IMG/VR virus record: IMGVR_UViG_3300034071_001431
Coordinates: 50,035-114,034 of that record
Strand: one strand, 5' to 3'
DNA: 64,000 nucleotides
Source: a virus
Lineage: Duplodnaviria; Caudoviricetes
This document shows positions 56,490 through 64,000 of the stretch, piece by piece. Position 1 is the stretch's first letter, and the number at the start of each line of letters is the position of its first letter. The position numbers and the translations under genes are program-made. The notes beneath the pieces were generated by a model that was not told the origin of the DNA, did not search any database, and saw only the letters and a program-made list of their open reading frames with translations.

Positions 56490-58472
56490 TTAATGTGTTG
56501 CCGTTGTTATATTCAATGAACCTATTGTTTGTCCACTTGTTAATTTAATTCTTACATAAATCTCGTTTGTTGCTGTGCTACTCGAGCTAACTGTACCAAA
56601 CGTTGCTGTTACCGATTTGCTAGTTGCCATATAACTATTCAATGGTACTGCGCCACTTAGTGCGCAACCATTTGAACCATTACCACTTAATCCTGGTACA
56701 CCTGCACCTGCGTATGCTGTACTCATATCTAACCAGCCATTTAATGACGATGTTCCGTCAATAGTTGAACCCGGTAATGCTACCCACATACCTGCTACTG
56801 TACCTGTATACACTATGTCAAATTTACTCACTACACTACGTACAAATTTTATAGTAAAGTATTGTGCTGTACTTCTGCCAGAACTTAAATTTGGGCCGGC
56901 TGGTAAGTATCCAGTTGAATAATTTGTTTGATCATGTTTTAATACTCCGGCAACAATTGTAGCATCATATGTTTCTAATGTACTTGTTTGGCTGTTAAAT
57001 GTTGCTTCGTTACCTGTATAAGCTGGGGTATCTGTACTTCCTGGATTTACAATTCTATATGCATTACCCGATCCTGTACCAACACTTGTTACTGATATAT
57101 TTGTTTCTTCTATATTATTACTAGTACCGGTTTTATAAAGTACAGTTGCACCCGGAGCAAATGTCCATGTACCAGTTAAATAAGAATTAGTTACAGATAC
57201 GCTCGGACCAATTGAACTACTACCAAATCCTGTAATAATGTTCGTAGTAGTTGCTACTGCTGCATTGCCTGAACTTACATATAGATTACGTGCCAACGGT
57301 GTAGTTATACTTGCCTGTGCATAGGTTTTGCTTGCTGGTGCTGTAAATGCTCCGCCGGCTGTACCTGTAGCAAATGTATCACTTGTTGGATATGTATCTC
57401 CGCTTAAAGCGCCAATATTAAATCCTATGTTAAATGTAGTGCTACTATTGTAATGCGGTACGGTACTAGAATATGTTAGAGATGGAGTATTAACTGCAAT
57501 AGTTTGTGATGAGAAGCTCGGTGCACCCGGTGCACTACTATCATAATACCAAGCCGCAGTATTTGTACTTGCCGATGCACCTGTATGATTAATATTTAGA
57601 TCATTCCATCCAGCTGGTACATTTCCGCCGGCACTAACATTAAACGAAGACCAGAAATTTGCCGCTACATTAGCGACTACATTATGATAATCTTGATTGT
57701 TTGAAATTACTAAATTGCTATAAGTTCCGTTGCTACTGCCTGTCATTATAACATTGCCAGCTCTTGCTCCATTTAAGAAGGCAGTTACAGTACCACTATC
57801 ACCGGGGCCAGCAGCAGTTATTGTATTTGTTGTATAACTTGCAGATCTACGCACCGTAGAAACAGTTGTACCACCAGCAACATTTCTTGTATTCGCTGTG
57901 TTGTCTGTTTGTGTAAAGTTTGCCATACGATACGATGACAATGTATTAATAGTTAATGTTGTACTATTCGGAAAGGCAGGTGGTGCAGGCGGTACTAATT
58001 TACCTAGTACTTCATTAAGTTGCGCAATACTATTTGTTACTGAAGTTGTTGATGTTAATGTTGTTGCATTACTTGAAAGTTTACCCGCTGTATTTGCGCC
58101 TAATTGTACATTATTTCCTAAAATTCCAGTTACTGATAATTCAGAAAGTTCTGCCCAGCGTAGGTTACCGGAACCATCAGTAACTAATATCTCGTTCAAC
58201 AATCCACCAGATAGTTTTACATTTGCATTAGAACCGAAATTAATTATACCGTAACTACTTGATATAGCTGTGTTAGCTATTGTTATTGCACCTAATCTAA
58301 CATTTCCAATTACATCTAACGGATATTGAGGAGTGGCTGTGTTGACACCGAGATAATAGTTAGTAAAATCTAACTGTAATAACGTCGCACTGTTTGTTGT
58401 GAATCCTAGATCAAGACCTTGTCTATCTAAATTTCCTAACAGTGCTGCTCCGGGTACGCGACCTATTGCCAT
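56490..58472 (-). CDS. Virion structural protein (beta-rich)
   Basis: S/T/G/N-rich; in the late block. Confidence 0.65.
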   Translation of the reverse strand: MAIGRVPGAALLGNLDRQGLDLGFTTNSATLLQLDFTNYYLGVNTATPQYPLDVIGNVRLGAITIANTAISSSYGIINFGSNANVKLSGGLLNEILVTDGSGNLRWAELSELSVTGILGNNVQLGANTAGKLSSNATTLTSTTSVTNSIAQLNEVLGKLVPPAPPAFPNSTTLTINTLSSYRMANFTQTDNTANTRNVAGGTTVSTVRRSASYTTNTITAAGPGDSGTVTAFLNGARAGNVIMTGSSNGTYSNLVISNNQDYHNVVANVAANFWSSFNVSAGGNVPAGWNDLNINHTGASASTNTAAWYYDSSAPGAPSFSSQTIAVNTPSLTYSSTVPHYNSSTTFNIGFNIGALSGDTYPTSDTFATGTAGGAFTAPASKTYAQASITTPLARNLYVSSGNAAVATTTNIITGFGSSSIGPSVSVTNSYLTGTWTFAPGATVLYKTGTSNNIEETNISVTSVGTGSGNAYRIVNPGSTDTPAYTGNEATFNSQTSTLETYDATIVAGVLKHDQTNYSTGYLPAGPNLSSGRSTAQYFTIKFVRSVVSKFDIVYTGTVAGMWVALPGSTIDGTSSLNGWLDMSTAYAGAGVPGLSGNGSNGCALSGAVPLNSYMATSKSVTATFGTVSSSSTATNEIYVRIKLTSGQTIGSLNITTATH

Positions 58473-58498
58473 TAACTAACTCCTATTTTAATATTTAG

Positions 58499-58930
58499 TT
58501 AGTTATCTTGCCATATAGTTGTGGTAGTAGCATAGTTATGTAAAACTACAATAACTGCTGCTGGGCCTGGGACGCTAGTAAAGTGAATGTTAGTTGATCC
58601 GTTGAATATATAGTTAACACCGGGATTTTGCCAAACCGTATTTACATAAACTAATGTTTGCGCTTCTTCTCCGAGATTGTATGTATGACTCATTGTAAAA
58701 TCTGATGTAGAATTATTACCAGCAAACGTATCTTTAACTACAATTACCGGACCTTCTTTAGCATGGATATGCCATACTCCGTCATCGTAAAATTCTACTC
58801 GATTAATTGATGTATTGTATCTATGCGCACCATCAAGTGGATGCATTGGACGATCTGCACTAGATCCTCTCGGAAATGTAATTGCAGTAGTGCCCGATTT
58901 AGTAACTGCATTTTTAAGGAAACGTCCCAT
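58499..58930 (-). CDS. Virion structural protein
   Basis: RYNT..VEFYD module shared with fibre genes. Confidence 0.6.
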   Translation of the reverse strand: MGRFLKNAVTKSGTTAITFPRGSSADRPMHPLDGAHRYNTSINRVEFYDDGVWHIHAKEGPVIVVKDTFAGNNSTSDFTMSHTYNLGEEAQTLVYVNTVWQNPGVNYIFNGSTNIHFTSVPGPAAVIVVLHNYATTTTIWQDN

Positions 58931-58931
58931 A

Positions 58932-59243
58932 TTAAATTCCTACGTAACTTACACTTGCTGTTACTGAAGTGTTTGCTGAGGCATTTGCTCTGATTGTGTC
59001 GCCGTTGCCTAGTACTAATTTTTCTAAATCAATAACAAACGTATCGTATGCTGTTACTTGTACATTACCATAAATTTGCACTGTGCTATCTATAGTTGAT
59101 GTTCCGCTTGGAACTAAGAATAGACTGAAGTCACGAGTTGATGCATTGTTATTATAAAAATACATAACAGATACAACAGAATTCCCACTGCTGACATAGA
59201 CGTTTGATATTGATGTTGTTAGTACTGTGTTAGATATTGCCAT
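58932..59243 (-). CDS. Virion structural protein
   Basis: EKLVLGNGD.I.A small beta-sandwich. Confidence 0.6.
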   Translation of the reverse strand: MAISNTVLTTSISNVYVSSGNSVVSVMYFYNNNASTRDFSLFLVPSGTSTIDSTVQIYGNVQVTAYDTFVIDLEKLVLGNGDTIRANASANTSVTASVSYVGI

Positions 59244-59253
59244 TGTGTTAATC

Positions 59254-59835
59254 CTATAATATTAATGAGAACCCGAAAGCTCGAGTTTTTGTAATTAATT
59301 CTTCATTTATTGCTGATCCATTTACTACATAGATTCCGCTCTTTCCACCATTTGGAGTTGATGCGTAAATTACAGTTGCATCAGTAACTGCACCCGGTGC
59401 TATTGCAGTATTATTAATTTGTATATTACCACCAAATTTAACATTTCCTACGTTTGCTGAAATTGTATGACTATTTGTGTTTAGATTTCCGCCAAGTGCC
59501 GGAGCAGTATCATCTAATACAGTAGATAACCCAGTTGACGATACTACTAAATTCGAAAATGTTGTCCCATCATTGGTTGTTTGCCATTTATCAACTGTTT
59601 CGTTCCAGCGTAGGGCGACATTTGCCAACGACCCACGAGCAACAGCAATACCAGCAGTGCCTAATGTAACACCTGCACCAACTTCGCCATCGTTAAGAAC
59701 AATAATATTATCTTTTAACGTAGTGTTAGTAGTTTCAATTGCAGTTTGTGAACCTTGTACCGTTAAGTTACCTGTGATGATAACATCAGTAGTGTCAATT
59801 GTGTACGAGGTGTTAAGTCTTTTAACAGCGGCCAT
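59254..59835 (-). CDS. Fibre-related structural protein
   Basis: GNLTVQG..DNIIVLN domain shared with the giant fibre; DTAPALGGNL motif. Confidence 0.65.
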   Translation of the reverse strand: MAAVKRLNTSYTIDTTDVIITGNLTVQGSQTAIETTNTTLKDNIIVLNDGEVGAGVTLGTAGIAVARGSLANVALRWNETVDKWQTTNDGTTFSNLVVSSTGLSTVLDDTAPALGGNLNTNSHTISANVGNVKFGGNIQINNTAIAPGAVTDATVIYASTPNGGKSGIYVVNGSAINEELITKTRAFGFSLIL

Positions 59836-59884
59836 TTAAATATCCTAGTTTCTATTATTTATGCTACTTGTAGATAGTGTAGTC

Positions 59885-59914
59885 AAAAAAATAGCATCCG
59901 AAGATGCTATTTTA
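59885..59914 (-). terminator. Intrinsic terminator
   Basis: AAAATAGCATC-cgaa-GATGCTATTTT. Confidence 0.85.
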
Positions 59915-59926
59915 GTTTTATTGCAA

Positions 59927-60880
59927 TTAAGCGTTAGCTATTTGTACGATACCAGTTGAAGGAGCAGCAAATGACCACTGTGCAGTAGCATCTGTTGCAA
60001 ATTCATATGAACCGCTCATTGTTTTACGTGTTAATAATGCTTTATGGCTTGTTAATTTTGTAACCCAATATGTACTACCATTAACATCAGTAGCAATAAT
60101 TGTACCTTGACCAGCTGCAACTACTGCTGCAACTAAAGTTACAACGCCTGTACCTTGTGCTGTTTCAACTTTCATTCTACGTGAACCTTTTTGCGCAACG
60201 ATGTCACCAACTACTGATGAACTACCACCGTTTACTGTAGGAACCCAAGCAGTAATAATAATTGCTGGCTCGCTGTTACCTGGAGCTGAGAATGTACTTA
60301 ATACTGAAGTTGCAACTGCTGCAACACCAGTGTTTGCACCTGTAACAATTGGCGCTGCATCTGCAGCGTTTGTGTAACCACTACCTGAATTTACAATTCC
60401 AATAGATTTAACACCGTATGTTAATGTTAAAGTACAACCAAGACCTAATGTTGAATTAGAAGTTGTTGCTTTAGCACCTGTTAATAATGCACCAGTGTGT
60501 GTGCCACCATCTAATACTGTAACTGTAGCAACACCGCCATCAACATCAAGTGTTGCAACTGTAAATGTCGAAACACCTGTACTTAATGTTACTGTTAAGA
60601 TATCACCAACTACATAATCATCTGATGTTGTAGTTTGTGCTACTGTAACTGTTGCTGATACTGCTTTCATAAGTGTAAGAGCCGGGCTTGATGTTGCTGT
60701 AACTGCGCCAACACTTGTTAAATCAGGTGCTGAAAATGTTATTACTGGTTTTGTAGTATACGTACCTGCTGTTCCAACAGTTACACTAGCAACAATCTTG
60801 CCACCTAAACCATCATCACCTGTATCTGTTGTTCCTAAATTTCTGTTACCAAAATATTTCTTATTTAACGGACGTCCCAT
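59927..60880 (-). CDS. Virion structural/decoration protein
   Basis: MGRPLNKKYFG start; T/V/A/G-rich; strong RBS; late promoter. Confidence 0.65.
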   Translation of the reverse strand: MGRPLNKKYFGNRNLGTTDTGDDGLGGKIVASVTVGTAGTYTTKPVITFSAPDLTSVGAVTATSSPALTLMKAVSATVTVAQTTTSDDYVVGDILTVTLSTGVSTFTVATLDVDGGVATVTVLDGGTHTGALLTGAKATTSNSTLGLGCTLTLTYGVKSIGIVNSGSGYTNAADAAPIVTGANTGVAAVATSVLSTFSAPGNSEPAIIITAWVPTVNGGSSSVVGDIVAQKGSRRMKVETAQGTGVVTLVAAVVAAGQGTIIATDVNGSTYWVTKLTSHKALLTRKTMSGSYEFATDATAQWSFAAPSTGIVQIANA

Positions 60881-60976
60881 TTGTTTCTCCTTATATAATT
60901 AGCGTTCTAACGCCTACGCAGTGGGTAACTGCATAAACTCTCATTCAAGAGTGAACAGTAGTATTTAGTAATTAGA

Positions 60977-61005
60977 TTGACTTTGTGTATTATTGATGTT
61001 ATAAT
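60977..61005 (+). promoter_or_regulatory. sigma70 promoter TTGACT-17-TATAAT
   Basis: Upstream of the plus-strand ORF. Confidence 0.75.
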
Positions 61006-61030
61006 GCTAACTTATTATAAAGGAGAAGGT

Positions 61031-61354
61031 ATGAACTACTTTGTAAAAAAATATAAAGGTATTAAGCCCGTTTTTAGAGGAGGCGATACTAATTACAATT
61101 CGATAGAGGCTACTGTAAAGTATGTCGAATATTGTTTAGATATTATTGACATTAACAAATTGCTTTTAGTAGAAACAGATTTTGATACTAAGTGGGATTT
61201 GCGTTATTGTTTAGAACGTGCAGAAAGCAAAAGGGATTGGCATGTAAAGCATCCAAATTTTGAAACTGGACGTGCGGCGATTTTAATGGGTACTGTTAGA
61301 AACTTGCCTCGTAAACACATGGAGCAAGCACACAAAGAAAAGTTTAGAAAGTAG
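61031..61354 (+). CDS. Hypothetical protein (start MNYFVK)
   Basis: AAGGAG RBS; own promoter. Confidence 0.7.
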   Translation: MNYFVKKYKGIKPVFRGGDTNYNSIEATVKYVEYCLDIIDINKLLLVETDFDTKWDLRYCLERAESKRDWHVKHPNFETGRAAILMGTVRNLPRKHMEQAHKEKFRK

Positions 61355-61360
61355 AGTCAC

Positions 61361-61386
61361 AAAAAAGCCCCTTGCGGGGCTTTTTT
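61361..61386. terminator. Bidirectional intrinsic terminator
   Basis: AAAAAAGCCCC-ttgc-GGGGCTTTTTT. Confidence 0.9.
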
Positions 61387-61412
61387 ATTATAATACCTTT
61401 AAGGTTTTAATC

Positions 61413-62588
61413 TTATTGGAATGATAGGTTTGTTACAGTGATTTTTTCTAAGTAGTCAGCTGCATTACCAAGAGATGATGCAGTGTTACTTAATTCAACA
61501 TAACCATAACGTGTCATGAAGCCAACTACTGGTTCAAAAGTATTTGGATCAAGAACAACACCACTGCTCATCAATGGAACGTATGGGCAATAGAACGCTG
61601 CTGCGTCTGATTCTGAAGAACCTTTGTAACCAACTAACACTGTGTCGTTTGAAGCGTATGTGTTAACATAGATCTTCATAGCACTGTTTAAAGTACCAAC
61701 GAATTTAGTGTTTGTAGGAGCTTCAAATGTACCTTCTGTACTACGAGCAAAAGCTGAAGTAGTTGCAGATTGTAACACTGTTAAAGCTGATGGACTTACA
61801 ACTGCCCAGTTACCAGCGCCACGACGTGTACGTTGTGCAATTTTGTTAGCAGAACGGTTGATTAAAACAGCTAAAGCAGCGTGTTCGTCACCAACGAATG
61901 TAGCAGTACCAGAAACAGTAGCTTGGTTGTAGTTATCAGAAGCTGTAGAAGCTAAAGCTGATAATGAACCTAGAACTTCTTGATCGATCTCAACAGTAAT
62001 TTCTTGAGCAAGTGCAGCCATAATTTCAGCTTCAACATCTAAACCGTGCATAGATTGTGCATCTTGCGCAGCTTCAAATGTCCAACGAGCAGACAATTTA
62101 CGTGTCTTCGCTTCAACAACTTGTTTTAAGATTTGTACATTGATACGGTTTCCAGGAACGCCTTCTAATGAAGCTGTTGAACTAGCTTTACCAGTTTGTG
62201 CGCCTGAATATGTTGTTGCAATGTTGAATGGTGAAAGAGCTTCACCGCCAGCAACTGCTGCATCTGCACCAGAAGTACCTGCACCAACGCTATCAGCGTA
62301 ACGTACACGTAAAGTATGGATTTGTGCAACTGGACCTGTCATTGGTTGTACACCAACGATTTCATTTGCAATAACTGTTGGCATTACACGTCTGATTACT
62401 GGAAGAATAACGCGGTTTAATGTAGCAACATTACCTACTGCTGTTGCGCCACCAGTTGCATTTTCAACTAAGTGCTTACGTGTGTTTTCTAAAATTACAG
62501 CCATAGTAGAACGTTTTGAACCTTGTAGACCTTCTAACAGGGCATCCTTAGTTTCGTTCCAACGGCCTTCTAATAGTTGGGTTGTCAT
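61413..62588 (-). CDS. Major capsid protein (gp23-like)
   Basis: GVQPMTGP, VEAKTRKL.ARWT.EAAQD, FYCPYVPL, F.P..GFMTRYG. Confidence 0.97.
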   Translation of the reverse strand: MTTQLLEGRWNETKDALLEGLQGSKRSTMAVILENTRKHLVENATGGATAVGNVATLNRVILPVIRRVMPTVIANEIVGVQPMTGPVAQIHTLRVRYADSVGAGTSGADAAVAGGEALSPFNIATTYSGAQTGKASSTASLEGVPGNRINVQILKQVVEAKTRKLSARWTFEAAQDAQSMHGLDVEAEIMAALAQEITVEIDQEVLGSLSALASTASDNYNQATVSGTATFVGDEHAALAVLINRSANKIAQRTRRGAGNWAVVSPSALTVLQSATTSAFARSTEGTFEAPTNTKFVGTLNSAMKIYVNTYASNDTVLVGYKGSSESDAAAFYCPYVPLMSSGVVLDPNTFEPVVGFMTRYGYVELSNTASSLGNAADYLEKITVTNLSFQ

Positions 62589-62618
62589 TTTCTTTATTTT
62601 CCTTTTATAAGTTTTGTA

Positions 62619-63719
62619 TTACTTTAGCCCTGCTAAACGTTTCAGTTCAACAACGTTGTTGTTGGTTTCTGTAATAGTTGTTTTAGCAGATTTATCACCA
62701 GTTACTTCTACACGACTCTCAGCTAGTACAGACTTTTCAGCCTTTACTGGTGCTTGTGAGTTGTTTAAAACTGCTGGTAGATACTTGTCGTATGCAGATT
62801 GCAATTTTGCTGTTTGCACACCTTCGAGTAAACTAGCCATTACGCTTGCTTTCTCTTTGTTTAACGTTTTTAGTAATCCATTAAGTGTTTCTTTACGGAC
62901 AGCACTTTCAGAAATTACTCTTACTTCACGGTCTTTTGACTCAACTAATGCTTGTTTTTGTGCAATTACTTTTTTGCTTTCAGCTAAATCAGCTTTAACG
63001 GCTGCAATAGTTTGATGCAATTTAGCAATTTCTTTGTTCTCATTTAAATGAGTTACTGAGAATTCGCTAGCAAATGCTTCGAATAAGCGACGACCAAACA
63101 TGTTCTCACGAGCAGATTGGATATCTTCTTTTAGTTGTGTCAGTTCTGTGCCTAGATTTTGTGCTACTGATTCTTTAACAAGTTTAGCTGAACGTGTAAC
63201 AAAAGCTTCTTGTAGTTTAGCTAATTTTTGTTTAGCTTCTGCTACTAGTTTAACTTTAGTTTCAACAACTGCTTTCTTGTCAGCATCGAACTCTTTGATT
63301 TCTTCAGCTAACGCGTTGATAACAAATTTTTCTAACTTAGCAGTTGCTTCGTTTTGAACTTTGCGATCTGAACGTAGTTCTTTGATTTCTTCAGCTAATT
63401 TACCAACTAAGAAGTTGTTAAATTTGCTTGCGCTTTCAACCATATGACGTTTAAATTTCACGCGGTCTTCTGCAAGAGCTTGTTTCTCACTAGCGAACTC
63501 ATTAAGTTCGGCAGTAAGACTTTCAGTAACCATTTTGTCTAGAGCTTCAACCATAACATTTTTGTCATGTTCGTAGCGGCTTGCGAATTCTTCGCGCAAT
63601 TCTGCACGAACAGTTTCACGAGCTTCATTAATTTGTGATTCCCAAGCTTCAGTAATAGCTGCCTGAGTATCTTCGTTAATGATGCCACTATCTAACAATG
63701 GCTTGATAGCTGTTAACAT
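62619..63719 (-). CDS. Prohead core scaffold protein (gp22-like)
   Basis: Coiled-coil protein between protease and capsid genes. Confidence 0.85.
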   Translation of the reverse strand: MLTAIKPLLDSGIINEDTQAAITEAWESQINEARETVRAELREEFASRYEHDKNVMVEALDKMVTESLTAELNEFASEKQALAEDRVKFKRHMVESASKFNNFLVGKLAEEIKELRSDRKVQNEATAKLEKFVINALAEEIKEFDADKKAVVETKVKLVAEAKQKLAKLQEAFVTRSAKLVKESVAQNLGTELTQLKEDIQSARENMFGRRLFEAFASEFSVTHLNENKEIAKLHQTIAAVKADLAESKKVIAQKQALVESKDREVRVISESAVRKETLNGLLKTLNKEKASVMASLLEGVQTAKLQSAYDKYLPAVLNNSQAPVKAEKSVLAESRVEVTGDKSAKTTITETNNNVVELKRLAGLK

Positions 63720-63728
63720 ACTGATCTC

Positions 63729-64000
63729 CTATTTTAATTTTAAATCTTTAATCAAGCGTGTAACTTGCTCTTTTAAATATTTTTGTACCTTTTGATCTGC
63801 GCTGGCTTCTTTTGCCATTTCGAATACTTTATGTCCACCACGCATATTCAACAGTCCTTCATAAATCGCTGTCGGGTATGCATTAGGAGCACTAGGTTGC
63901 GCAACTACATCTACTGTGACTATTTCAAAGTCACTCACTTGACCGTTACTTTCGCTAACGTTGCCGCTACCTCTAGAACTAACACCAAGTTTAACTCCAC
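63729..64000 (-). CDS. Prohead protease (gp21-like), 5' part outside window
   Basis: GVKLGVSSRGSG...DFEIVTVDVVAQPSAPNA. Confidence 0.92.
   Translation of the reverse strand, partial: GVKLGVSSRGSGNVSESNGQVSDFEIVTVDVVAQPSAPNAYPTAIYEGLLNMRGGHKVFEMAKEASADQKVQKYLKEQVTRLIKDLKLK

Noticed and set aside
60930-60957. Solitary type I-F CRISPR repeat mimic (GTTCA-CTCTT-GAAT-GAGAG)
   Set aside because: Only the 5' GTTCACT matches; the stem and 3' handle differ and it is better explained as a UTR hairpin.

Overview
This is a segment of a large, AT-rich T4-related (jumbo-type) myophage genome, with almost all genes on the minus strand. The right half holds the morphogenesis genes (prohead protease, scaffold, major capsid, fibre/baseplate proteins, neck, sheath, tube, terminase) and the recombination genes (gp32 SSB, UvsX, UvsY). 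The left half is accessory: sugar/nucleotide-modifying enzymes, an RNA polymerase omega (RpoZ) homologue, a SutA-like RNAP-binding peptide, two membrane fatty-acid desaturases, FeoA, an outer-membrane beta-barrel, and 27 CCA-ending tRNA genes covering all 20 amino acids, interleaved with several unassigned structured RNAs. The most striking observation is at the head of the tRNA array (12079-12339). A consensus sigma70 promoter drives a 41-codon leader peptide containing all 20 amino acids, and its last codons form an antiterminator arm against an intrinsic terminator. This looks like a ribosome-dependent attenuator that senses global tRNA/translation failure. An rrn-type boxA lies downstream of an internal array promoter. 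All protein calls are from motif recognition by eye; no database search was run.
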